The notes below the pieces were generated by a model. It worked only from the letters and a program-made list of their open reading frames with translations. It was not told where the DNA came from and ran no database searches. DNA of 64,000 nt. Origin: Candidatus Krumholzibacteriota bacterium (GTDB lineage Bacteria > Krumholzibacteriota > Krumholzibacteriia > JAJRXK01). Numbering within the stretch: position 1 is the stretch's first letter; each line of letters starts with the position of its first letter. The position numbers and the translations under genes are program-made. Shown here one piece after another: positions 1-10,513 of the stretch. The stretch lies in the NCBI GenBank assembly GCA_024276305.1, contig JAJRXK010000019.1, positions 43,294-107,293 on the forward strand, given 5' to 3'.

Positions 1-42
1 CGCGATGACGCCTTCCATGAAGGCTTCGACTGCAGCGGACAT
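1..42 (-). CDS. 5' end of a divergent gene running off the window (MSAAVEAFMEGVIA...), possibly NADP-glutamate dehydrogenase
   Basis: ATG at 42 with GGAGG RBS upstream on the minus strand. Only 14 codons are visible; they resemble GdhA N-termini. Confidence 0.3.
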   Translation of the reverse strand, partial: MSAAVEAFMEGVIA

Positions 43-275
43 CTCCCATTCCTCCCTATCGGTGACCGGGAACCCCTCCCGGGGTCGATCCGTGAATCCA
101 GGATCGGATTCGTGGATCTCCAGCAAGAATGCGGGGGGATCCCCCGCGACCGTCGGTAGTTTAAGGAGGGACTGCCAGGAGTCCAACAATCGATTCTGTG
201 AGTATCGGGGGGTGGACCCACGCCGCCGCCTGTGGCAGGCTCCTCCCCCCGCTCAGCCCTTCGACAGGAGATCGA

Positions 276-1006
276 ATGAGTCGAACCCATCTTCGCCGGG
301 GCCGATGGCTCTGGATCGTGGTCTTGGTGGTCGGCTTCGGCGCTCGGACCGCAACGGCAGAGGCCGAGGAGACGAGCGCGGTGGTCCTGGAAGCGGGATT
401 CATCTGTACTCAAGGGGTGTTCACACCGAACTCACCGCACCCTGGGACGTCTTCGAGCACACGCGGTACCGGGATCCGAAGAACTACATCCGATGTTCCT
501 TGGTCACCGAGGATGGTGGTCCACTGATCACGGCCGAGGGCCTTCGCATGGGTGCAGACTACTCTTTTGCCGACTGTCCGGAGCTCGACATCGTGGTCAT
601 CCCGAGCAGTGAGGGGAGCAAGGACGCCGATCTGGGCAACGAGGTCTTCCTCTCATTCCTCCGAGCCCGGATCGACCGAGCGCAATGGGTGGTCACTCTC
701 TGCGACGGGGCCTTTCCCCTGGCTGCGACGGGGAGCTTGGACGGCCGGGTCGCCACGACCTTCCCCGGAGATCGGGACCTCCTGGCCGAGACCTTTTCCC
801 GGGTCGACGTCCGCCATGACCTGCGCTTCGTGGTGGACGGCAAGTTCATCACTTCGACCGGTGGTGCGCCGAGCTTCGAGCCGGCCTTCTATCTCGTCGA
901 CCGTCTCTTCGGCCGCGAACATGCCCTTCGGACCGCTCAGGGGCTGGTATTCCCCTGGTCGACGGCCGAGATTCCCCATCTGGTCGTCCCCCCCCGTTCT
1001 CGTTGA
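276..1006 (+). pseudogene. Secreted DJ-1/PfpI family protein, frameshifted near 423 (real lesion or sequencing error)
   Basis: AGGAG RBS, ATG 276 and a signal peptide (..AGFICTQGVF) lie in one frame. The DJ-1 body (TELTAPWDVF, VTLCDGAFPLA, GKFITSTGG) lies in another. Adding one A at ~423 restores GVFNTELTAP. Confidence 0.75.
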
Positions 1007-1078
1007 GGCTCCTTCGGAGGGCGATTCGGCTATACTCCCTTCACCCCCTTCCCAGTCCTCCCCCTATGGATTCCCATC

Positions 1079-2374
1079 GTGAACCAGACCCTCCGTAGCC
1101 TGGCTCTGGCCCTGGCCCTGGCGCTGCCGAATCTCCCGGTCTCTGCTGCGGCCCTCACTCGCTGGGTGCCGGGCGAATACTCCACCGTGGCCGCGGCGCT
1201 CTCCGTCTCCGTCGGGGGCGACAGCGTGGTCGTCGCGCCCGGAATCTATGCGCCGAGTACCAATGGAGAGACCTTCCCCCTGATCCTTCCCCCGGGGGTG
1301 GTCTTGGTGGGGGCGGGCCTCGACCAGAGTATTCTCGATGCCGAAGACAGTGGCGGGGTCCTGCGTTTCGAGAGCGGTTCCGCGGTGGTGCGGGGGTTCC
1401 GCATCACGGGAGGCAACGCCGACCGAGGGGGGGGCGCGCAGATTCTCGGGGGCAGTCCGGAGATCAGCCGCTGTCTGTTTCTCCGTAATCGCGCTCTGCG
1501 CCGCGGCTCCGGGATCAATGTCCAAGGAACGGCGGCCCCCTGGATCCATCACAACGTGGTTTGGGAATCCTTCGACGCCCAGCTCTCGCATCCGGGAGAT
1601 CCGCATGGGATCCAATTGGGGGAAAGTGCGACTGGGGTGGTCGAGCACAACTTGATCGGACGGGGAGACAGCAACGGACTGTTGGTGGGAGAGAGCGCAG
1701 CGGTGGTGATTCGGCACAACATCTTTTTCGAGAATGGGATCGATGGAGTGCGAGGTCGTGGAATCTGCAACCTCGGAGACCCCTCCACCGTGGTGTCCTA
1801 CAATCTCTTCTATGGCAACTCCATCGCGGCCATGGTGATTCGGGATCCCGCCGGAGGCTTCGCGGATCTGAGCGGAGCGGCCGCCAGCGATTTCGATGCC
1901 ACGGACTCGATCTATGCCAATTTCGATGGGGACCCCCGGCTGGTCTCACCTGGCCTGCTCCTCTTCCAGTTGCAGGGAGACAGCCCGGCCATCGATGCTG
2001 GAGATCCCACTCTGCCCGGCGACCCCGACGGCAGCATCGCCGATCTCGGTCCCTACTACTATCCACGCATGGTGAGTGCTTCCCCGGTTTCGCGGGCGGC
2101 TCTGAGTCTGGCCCCCAATGTCCCCAATCCATTCAATCCGCGGACGGAATTGCGATTCGAAGTGAGAGAGGCAGGGGAGATCACTCTCGACATCCTGGAC
2201 GCGCGGGGACGTCGGGTGCGGAGGGTCGTTCGGGCTCACTTCGAGGCCGGAGAGAATCGTCTGCAGTGGGATGGTCGGGACGGACGAGGACGGGCGGTGC
2301 CATCCGGGGCCTACGCGGTACGACTCTGGAGCCGAGCAGGAGTGGCAACCCGGTGGATCACATTGGTGCGTTGA
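1079..2374 (+). CDS. Secreted right-handed beta-helix (DUF1565/pectin-lyase-like) protein with C-terminal FlgD-Ig/T9SS-like domain
   Basis: Signal peptide, VAPGIY..GETFPL, beta-helix repeats, SPAIDAGDP, PNPFNPRT..WDGRD..G.Y tail. Confidence 0.8.
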   Translation: MNQTLRSLALALALALPNLPVSAAALTRWVPGEYSTVAAALSVSVGGDSVVVAPGIYAPSTNGETFPLILPPGVVLVGAGLDQSILDAEDSGGVLRFESGSAVVRGFRITGGNADRGGGAQILGGSPEISRCLFLRNRALRRGSGINVQGTAAPWIHHNVVWESFDAQLSHPGDPHGIQLGESATGVVEHNLIGRGDSNGLLVGESAAVVIRHNIFFENGIDGVRGRGICNLGDPSTVVSYNLFYGNSIAAMVIRDPAGGFADLSGAAASDFDATDSIYANFDGDPRLVSPGLLLFQLQGDSPAIDAGDPTLPGDPDGSIADLGPYYYPRMVSASPVSRAALSLAPNVPNPFNPRTELRFEVREAGEITLDILDARGRRVRRVVRAHFEAGENRLQWDGRDGRGRAVPSGAYAVRLWSRAGVATRWITLVR

Positions 2375-2436
2375 CCGCCCCTCGAGTTGGGAGTTGACTC
2401 CTTCCTGCCGACGAGAGTGATCACCTCGAACCACGG

Positions 2437-3633
2437 ATGGGCGGACCCATGGGCCGGATGACTTCAGTCATGGTGCGAAAAGGATCGAAGAGGACGGTCG
2501 TCCTCATCGCTCTCGCCGTGGGCCTCTCGAGTTGTGTCAGTCGGCTCGCTTCGGGCCCGTGGCCCTCGAGCAGCGACCGCGAAGTCGTCGGTTTGGACCA
2601 TCCTTCGTGGGAGACTCATCTCGCGAGTCTTCTCCCCTTTGCCGACCATCGGGTGGTCTTCTTCGGAGACCAACGCGCGTTGGCGGACGGCGAGTGGCAG
2701 GCCATGATCGAGGCGATCGTCGAACGGGAGGGGCGAATGGAGGCGTTGAGCCCCTTGATCGGGATCATCGACTCGGGAGACATCGTCTTCGACGGGAATC
2801 ATCGCGATCAGTTTCACATGCTGGCGGAGATTCTGGCTCCCCTGCGCCCGTGGCCCTACTTGGTGGGAGTCGGAAACCACGAGGTCCATGCCAATCGAGG
2901 AGCGAAGGCCCGCAGAAATGTTGTCGATTTCCTGGGCCCCTCGATCGGTCCCGAGTTCAGGGTCGACCGACTCTACTATCGCAAGGACGCGCCGGGGCAT
3001 CACCTCATCTTTCTCGACACCAACGATCTCGTCTACGGAGCGGACGGATCCAGAAGTCGCCGGATGGACCTCGACGACCGCGGCAGAGCGCAGATGCAGT
3101 GGCTGGTCCGAGAACTCGGATCCATCGACGAGGAGGAGTGGACCACAGTCATCCTGCACCATCCCTTTCTGACCTCGAGCACCAAGCACGAGGGCCACGC
3201 GCAGAAGGTATGGAGTCTGCGCTTCGAGGGACTGACCCTCCCTCAGATCCTGGCCGAAGGTGGGGTGGATCTGGTGCTCGCTGGCCATACCCACACCTAC
3301 GAGAGGTTCCACCTCCAGACGCGCACCGGCGCAGGATTCGACCTCATCAATGTATCGGGTCGTCCCCGGGGAGAATTCCTGGGAATTGGCAAGGGCGGAC
3401 GCCGGGCTCGACGCATCGCGGGAGAAGAGATCGCGGACCTGAAGCGCCGAGGTTGGAAGGACCTCGAGGGGTGGCGGATCGAACAGCTCGACGCCATGGT
3501 CGACGCCGAGGCGGACCAATGGGTAGAATTGAGGATCGCATCCGCAGACTCGGTGGTGGGGGAGGTCTTCTTCCTCAGAGATGGCCGAAGCGCCGTCAGC
3601 GGCGGATCCTTCATCCTTGGTGGCGCGGACTAG
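2437..3633 (+). CDS. Calcineurin-like metallophosphoesterase, probable lipoprotein
   Basis: FFGDQR, DSGDIV, GNHE, LHHP and GHTH motifs; LSSC lipobox. Exact start uncertain. Confidence 0.8.
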   Translation: MGGPMGRMTSVMVRKGSKRTVVLIALAVGLSSCVSRLASGPWPSSSDREVVGLDHPSWETHLASLLPFADHRVVFFGDQRALADGEWQAMIEAIVEREGRMEALSPLIGIIDSGDIVFDGNHRDQFHMLAEILAPLRPWPYLVGVGNHEVHANRGAKARRNVVDFLGPSIGPEFRVDRLYYRKDAPGHHLIFLDTNDLVYGADGSRSRRMDLDDRGRAQMQWLVRELGSIDEEEWTTVILHHPFLTSSTKHEGHAQKVWSLRFEGLTLPQILAEGGVDLVLAGHTHTYERFHLQTRTGAGFDLINVSGRPRGEFLGIGKGGRRARRIAGEEIADLKRRGWKDLEGWRIEQLDAMVDAEADQWVELRIASADSVVGEVFFLRDGRSAVSGGSFILGGAD

Positions 3634-3855
3634 TCACGACCGGGAAAGCAGGTCGCTCACCTCTCCCTGAAGCGGGAATCGTCCGGTCTCGGCCTTGTCG
3701 TAGACGATGTCGCCGTCCACTTCGACTTCGAAGATCCCGCCGGAGCCTTCGATCAATTCGACTTCGACGGAGTGGGACTCGAGGATTTCGGCCGCCACCC
3801 GGGAGGCCTCGGGAAGGTAGTTTCAGACTCCGCAGTAGCGAATGACGATACGCAT
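3634..3855 (-). CDS. SelT/SelW/SelH (Rdx family) selenoprotein, 73 aa, Sec at codon 11
   Basis: Translates as MRIVIRYCGV-UGA-NYLPEASRVAAEIL..GSGGIFEVEVDGDIVYDKAETGRFP. This gives CxxU plus the GxFEV and GRFP Rdx motifs. The in-frame TGA is at 3825-3823. Confidence 0.88.
3790..3808 (-). promoter_or_regulatory. Putative bacterial SECIS hairpin
   Basis: GGCCUCC-CGGGU-GGCGGCC stem-loop (one mismatch) starting ~15 nt 3' of the UGA, with G in the loop. Confidence 0.5.
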
Positions 3856-3888
3856 GGTTCCCTCTGGATCGCGGGGGTGGAGGTCGAG

Positions 3889-3917
3889 AAAAAGGGATCA
3901 CCGACTGGCGACCCCTT
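3889..3917 (-). terminator. Intrinsic terminator downstream of the tRNA
   Basis: AAGGGGUCGCC-agtc-GGUGAUCCCUU hairpin followed by a U run on the minus strand. Confidence 0.65.
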
Positions 3918-3925
3918 CTTCGATT

Positions 3926-4002
<77 letters not shown>

Positions 4003-4021
4003 TCAAGTTTGGACGAGCAAC

Positions 4022-4408
4022 CTAATTCCGTCGCGTCTCCTTGTCAAGCCGAGGTGCGTCCTCTGAGGCATCGAGTACGTGGATGACCGTTTCCCCTTTG
4101 CGCTTCATCAGATAGCGCTCCCGAGCGACCTTCTCGAGGAGGGGGCTGGCGGGTCGCTGGATCTCGGTGACCTGCTGCTGAAGCTCGAGGGTGCGGGCTT
4201 GCAACTGGGCTGATTCCTCACGCAGCGCCTGCACGGCGTGCTCCTCCGCGCGCACCCGCAACCAGCCCGTCTCGCCGAAGAACAGGACCCAGATGGCACC
4301 GGTGACTCCGATCGATCCCAGAATCCACCGCGAGAGGTGGTGGCGACGCCGCCGGCCACCCTCGACACGGTAGAAACGCCGATTGGTCTTCGGGGAACGG
4401 CGCGGCAA
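4022..4408 (-). CDS. Septum formation initiator (FtsB/DivIC family)
   Basis: Follows eno; single TM helix, coiled coil and LEKVARERYLMKRKGE motif. TTG start inferred. Confidence 0.8.
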   Translation of the reverse strand: MPRRSPKTNRRFYRVEGGRRRRHHLSRWILGSIGVTGAIWVLFFGETGWLRVRAEEHAVQALREESAQLQARTLELQQQVTEIQRPASPLLEKVARERYLMKRKGETVIHVLDASEDAPRLDKETRRN

Positions 4409-4410
4409 GC

Positions 4411-5976
<1,566 letters not shown>

Positions 5977-5987
5977 TCAGAATTCCG

Positions 5988-6014
5988 TGCAACCCCCCCG
6001 CCGCGCGGGGCGTA
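5988..6014 (+). promoter_or_regulatory. Possible ECF (SigW-like) autoregulatory promoter
   Basis: TGCAAC-N17-CGTA upstream of the ECF sigma gene; the B. subtilis SigW consensus is TGAAAC-N16-CGTA. Confidence 0.4.
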
Positions 6015-6104
6015 GGCCTGGCGTCACCGACGCCTCGCCTCGGGGTGGGCTCGGGCTCAACCGCCAGTGGGCCTCGCAGGGATGTCCCGACCAGGAGTGC
6101 GACG

Positions 6105-6686
6105 GTGCAGAGTGATTCCATGGTGATCTCCCGGGCCCGCCGGGGAGAGCAAGCGGCATTTGCAGAGCTGCTCTCCCGCTACCGGGCCCCGGTCTTCAAC
6201 CTCTGTCTGAGGATGTTGAAGAACCGTGATGACGCCGAGGACATCGCTCAAGAGGTATTCATCAAGGTCTTCGGCATGCTCGAGCGCTATGACGAACGCT
6301 ACGCATTCCGGAGTTGGTTGTTCAAGATCGCGGCGAACCAGTGCATCGATTTCATCCGAAAGAACCGGGTGAAACTCCTGAGCCTGGATGAGCCGATGAA
6401 GTATCAGGGGGAGGAGATCGAGAGGGAGTTCCCGGACGAGCGCGAGACGCCCGACCAAGAGTTGGAGCGCGAGCAGCTCGGGGAAATCCTGATGGCGATC
6501 GCGAGTGAGCTGCCTCCGCACTATCGATCCATGATCGTGCTGCGGCACCAGGAGCAGCTCAGTTACGACGAGATCGCCGAGATTCTCGATCTGCCGCTGG
6601 GCACGGTCAAGGCACGCATCCACCGGGCGCGCGCAATGATGAAGGAGAAGCTGCGGCGGCGACGCCTGGCTCTCGGCCCTCAGTAG
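6105..6686 (+). CDS. ECF RNA polymerase sigma factor (SigW/RpoE-like)
   Basis: DAEDIAQEVF, FRSWLFKIAAN and SYDEIAEILDLPLGTVKARIHRAR; AGGAG RBS before GTG 6105. Confidence 0.92.
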   Translation: MQSDSMVISRARRGEQAAFAELLSRYRAPVFNLCLRMLKNRDDAEDIAQEVFIKVFGMLERYDERYAFRSWLFKIAANQCIDFIRKNRVKLLSLDEPMKYQGEEIEREFPDERETPDQELEREQLGEILMAIASELPPHYRSMIVLRHQEQLSYDEIAEILDLPLGTVKARIHRARAMMKEKLRRRRLALGPQ

Positions 6687-6895
6687 CTTCGCCCCCAACG
6701 GTCACGACGAGTGGATAAGTACGTCGGGGGATGAACCGCTCGTTGTGGAGGAGGTGGGTGGCCCCAACTTCGGTTCGGGGCCACCGGCCTCCGACAACCC
6801 CGCCCCAGGGCGGATTCGTGGCGATTCGGGCTTCGGCGGCCACGAATCGCGGTGCCAGAACCGGGTCTCGACGGCCCAGGTCAGGAGATTCAGGC

Positions 6896-7597
6896 ATGGA
6901 CAACCGAGAGAGCCGTGAACGGGGATCGCCCGGTGAAATGCCGCCCGATGCGGAGGCCATCCGCCGGAGCTGGCAGGATTCTCTGCAGGACTATGTCGAC
7001 GGCACTCTGGACGAAAAGAAGGCTCTTCGCCTGCACCTCGATGCGCAGCGAATTGAGGCCCTGCAACGCGATCTCGACGAGATGCGGGAGCTCTTCTCCG
7101 CCCTCGATCGCACTCCGCGGGCGGAGCCGGGGGCCGACTTCGACCAGGCCGTTCTCGAAGGTCTTCCCTACGAATTCTATGCCTCGGCTCCGCGGCGTCC
7201 GCAGCGTGTTCTCATCTTTGCAGACGCGGACGCATCGGCGGTGACCCGGGGGCTGGGATACGGACAACGGCTGTCGATCATCCTCCTGCTCCTCGATCTC
7301 GGAGTTCTCGCTTTCGGTCGCACGATCGTGGCGCGACCCTTCGTCGCGGTCGCAGCGTGGTTGGGTGGGGGAGTCGAAGCTCTGGTCGATTCCACGGCCT
7401 CGTGGGGCTTCCTCCATTCGGTTGCTCTGGCGACGGCCTCGGGATACTCTGCGTTGCAAAGCTTCGTGAGCAGTACTGCCACGGGGCAGGCGTCGATCTG
7501 GATCCCGTTGACCCTGGTGTCGATCGTCGTGACGACCACTCTCCTGGCCCGGGTGCGGCTGCACCGTGAGCAAGCCGAGGTGGGGGCGAGTCGCTGA
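6896..7597 (+). CDS. Putative membrane anti-sigma factor
   Basis: Downstream of the ECF sigma gene; LQDYVDGTL zf-HC2-like N-terminus lacking Cys; C-terminal TM segments. Confidence 0.6.
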   Translation: MDNRESRERGSPGEMPPDAEAIRRSWQDSLQDYVDGTLDEKKALRLHLDAQRIEALQRDLDEMRELFSALDRTPRAEPGADFDQAVLEGLPYEFYASAPRRPQRVLIFADADASAVTRGLGYGQRLSIILLLLDLGVLAFGRTIVARPFVAVAAWLGGGVEALVDSTASWGFLHSVALATASGYSALQSFVSSTATGQASIWIPLTLVSIVVTTTLLARVRLHREQAEVGASR

Positions 7598-7664
7598 ATT
7601 CGCCCCGCCTTGCCAGGACTGAATTCGCGGAAGCGTGAGGGGAAAGCATTCGGGTGAGGGCATC

Positions 7665-9275
7665 ATGACGCGGCGGCGCACACTCCTGCGCAACTCGGTG
7701 TTGGGCACCTTCTGGGTGTTGGCACTGTTCTGTGGCCCCGGCATCCTCCAGGCCCAATCGCCTCCCCCGGAGACCCCCCCCACGCCTTCGACGGACGGGC
7801 CTTCGTCCCAGACCAGAAGCCTGTTGCAGGACCTCTACCGCCAGGTCTACGAACTCCAGCTGGAGCTCTCGCGCGTCGATTCCGAGGTGGACCGTCAGCG
7901 ATTGGAAATCGTTCGCTCCGACTTGCTGCGGCGGATCGAGAGTGTTCGCGATCGAGTGGCCAAAATGGAGCGGGATCAGGGCGAGGGAGACGGCGCTGCG
8001 GACTCTTCGGGCTTCGGCGCCATCGCGAGTGAGCTCGAGAAAATGGGGATCGACGCGGATTGGGAGTACCTCGGCAAGATCTTCCAGGACAATGCTCAGA
8101 CCCTTGGACGGAGTCTGACCGAGATCGGTCGGCAGCTCGAGAAGATGAGTGTCGATGTGGACGAAGAGCGGTCGAGGATTCGGATCGATACCGGTCAGGG
8201 AGGCAAGTTCTCCTTCACCGTACCCGAAGACGTCCAGAAGGAAATCCGTCGGGGCATTGCGCAGATGGGAGTGGAGTTGCAGCGAGTCCTCGCGGACAGC
8301 TCGGGCGGGAGTCTACCGGCCGAAGTGCGAGCACTTCTGAACGAGTTTCCCGAGGGGATGAGGCGATCGTGGCGTTTGGAGCGATCCGTCCCGCGGCATG
8401 TGGTCGCCCGCAACGTGTTCAAGTCTTTCGATGACTTCGAAGTCGCGGAGGACGAAATCATCGCTGGGGATCTCATCGTGATCGGTGGCGACGCCTATGT
8501 TGCTGGCGAGGTGCGAGGAAATATCTGGGTGCTCTTTGGCGATGTCCTCGTCGAGGGTCAGGGGGAGGTCGCCAAGGATGCGATCAGCGTTGGCGGTGAG
8601 GTGGTGGTCGAGGATGACGCCAGAGTGATGGGCAGCCGCTTCGACGCCGCGAGTTTCATTCCCGGGATCGGAATCGGATGGATCAGTCCCCATGAGTCTT
8701 CCCACTGGTTGTTGCACACGGTTCGGGTGGGAGTGCTGGCACTCTTGGCCCTGGTGGGTTTCGCTCTGGCCGGAGACCGTATTTCGACCATGGTCGATCA
8801 CAGCTCGAGGGCTCCGGGCCGGGATCTATTGGCCGGCGCGCTCTGGTTCCCGATGGCACTGGGCGCCTTCGTCGTCTCGTCCGTTGGATTGGCCATCTCG
8901 GTCATCGGCATCCCCGTGGTCATCGTATTGGCCGCCGCCTTCGGAACGGTGCTCCTCTTGGCCTATTTCAGCGCCTGTCTCTATCTCGGGCGCCGATTCT
9001 TCGAACTCTTCGCGGACCGGGATGGTCGACCGGACTGGGTCTATGCCCTTCTCGGACTGGGCTTGTTGGAGATGCCTGCGGTGTTGGTTCTCTCTCTCGC
9101 GGCGGCCACCGACGAGACCACCATGGTCGTGGGAGTGCAGGTGGTCGACTACCTGCTGAAGTTCTTGGCCTTGGCTCTGGGCTTCGGTTCTCTGGTCGCC
9201 ACTCGCCTCGGGGGACGGCCCCCGGAGCGGACTCCCGAGGGTTCCGGGGTGCTCCCGGCGCCGTCGGACCTCTGA
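7665..9275 (+). CDS. Membrane protein with signal peptide, coiled coil, bactofilin-like (polymer-forming) repeats and multi-TM C-terminus
   Basis: GDLIVIGGDAYVAGEVRGNIWVLFGDV repeats, followed by hydrophobic helices (ISVIGIP). Confidence 0.65.
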   Translation: MTRRRTLLRNSVLGTFWVLALFCGPGILQAQSPPPETPPTPSTDGPSSQTRSLLQDLYRQVYELQLELSRVDSEVDRQRLEIVRSDLLRRIESVRDRVAKMERDQGEGDGAADSSGFGAIASELEKMGIDADWEYLGKIFQDNAQTLGRSLTEIGRQLEKMSVDVDEERSRIRIDTGQGGKFSFTVPEDVQKEIRRGIAQMGVELQRVLADSSGGSLPAEVRALLNEFPEGMRRSWRLERSVPRHVVARNVFKSFDDFEVAEDEIIAGDLIVIGGDAYVAGEVRGNIWVLFGDVLVEGQGEVAKDAISVGGEVVVEDDARVMGSRFDAASFIPGIGIGWISPHESSHWLLHTVRVGVLALLALVGFALAGDRISTMVDHSSRAPGRDLLAGALWFPMALGAFVVSSVGLAISVIGIPVVIVLAAAFGTVLLLAYFSACLYLGRRFFELFADRDGRPDWVYALLGLGLLEMPAVLVLSLAAATDETTMVVGVQVVDYLLKFLALALGFGSLVATRLGGRPPERTPEGSGVLPAPSDL

Positions 9276-9418
9276 GGCGCTCTGGGCGCATCCTTTCCGA
9301 TTGCACCTCCTTCCTCTCCATCGTGTCCGATGATTCCCCCCCTTTCTGCGGGATCGGCGACCGCGGCCCCTGGCGAGCGGTGGATCTGCTAGGCTTTCGC
9401 GGTGGGGGAATAGCGAAC

Positions 9419-10498
9419 ATGATGACGATGACCAGTACTTACTCTTTTCGAAACAGTCCGCTGCGGCCTCCGGCCCCGGCTCCGGTCCTGACCTTCGTCA
9501 CCACCGGGCTGTGGGTGGTCTGCCTGCTCCTGTTCTCTTCTTCGGAGGGCCGAGCGGCGTTGCGTCCCGAAGTGATCGATGCCTCCTCCCTGACGAAGTC
9601 TGGGACGACGACCCCGGATGGACGGTGGCTGGACTTCGTCTCCCGGGACGGCTACCCCCTTCGGCTGCTCATCTCTCCCGATCCCAGTGACATTCTCAAC
9701 CCCGCGTTCGACGGACAGCTCCATCCGGTTCGGGCGGGGCAGGTGCGGGAGGCCTTGGCCGAGACCCGGGAGCTCGAGGGCGGTCCGACCGAAGTGGTGT
9801 TCTACTGCCTGCCCGGTTTGCCCGAGAAGGTGGGGCGGTCCTTCTCGGTGGGACGAGAGGTCTTTCTCAGCCCGACCTTCGGGCCGGCGGCTCTTCCCCA
9901 GATCGCGGCCACGGTGGTTCACGAGCTGGGGCATGTGGTGCAGCACGATCGCATCCCCTCCCTCGACTCGCGGGCGTGGCGGACCTATCGAGATCTGAGA
10001 GGTCTCGATCCCCAGACCTTCCGTGCGGATGCCGTCCACCGGAACCGGCCGAAGGAAATCTTCGCCGAGGATTTCCGGATGCTCTACGGCGGTGCTCTGG
10101 CCAACTACAGCGGAAGTCACGAGAATCACGACCTCGTCGATCCCGCTCGGGTGGAGGGATTGACCGAATACTTTCACGCTCTCCTCGTCGGTGGCTATTC
10201 CGAAGGACGGCCGGTGGCGGAAGTCAGCAACCATCCCAATCCCTTCAATCCCCAGACCACCATCGAGATTCGTCTGAGGCCGGAGCAAATCGCGGTCGCG
10301 CCGCGGGTGAAAGTGGACATCTACGATCTGCGCGGGCGGCGCGTGCGGAACTTCGATCCAATCCCGGCCGCTTCGGTCATCCTCTTGCCCTGGGACGGGA
10401 GTGACGATCGAGGGCAGAGTGTGGCCTCGGGTCGCTACACCTACCGTGTGCAGGTCGCCAACGAGTCGGTGTTCGGCTCCATGGTGTTGCTGCAGTGA
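9419..10498 (+). CDS. Secreted zincin-type metallopeptidase-like protein with FlgD-Ig C-terminal domain
   Basis: VVHELGH..EIFAEDF motif; HPNPFNPQT..WDGSDD..SGRY tail. Start uncertain. Confidence 0.65.
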   Translation: MMTMTSTYSFRNSPLRPPAPAPVLTFVTTGLWVVCLLLFSSSEGRAALRPEVIDASSLTKSGTTTPDGRWLDFVSRDGYPLRLLISPDPSDILNPAFDGQLHPVRAGQVREALAETRELEGGPTEVVFYCLPGLPEKVGRSFSVGREVFLSPTFGPAALPQIAATVVHELGHVVQHDRIPSLDSRAWRTYRDLRGLDPQTFRADAVHRNRPKEIFAEDFRMLYGGALANYSGSHENHDLVDPARVEGLTEYFHALLVGGYSEGRPVAEVSNHPNPFNPQTTIEIRLRPEQIAVAPRVKVDIYDLRGRRVRNFDPIPAASVILLPWDGSDDRGQSVASGRYTYRVQVANESVFGSMVLLQ

Positions 10499-10513
10499 AA
10501 GGGCGATGGGTGT

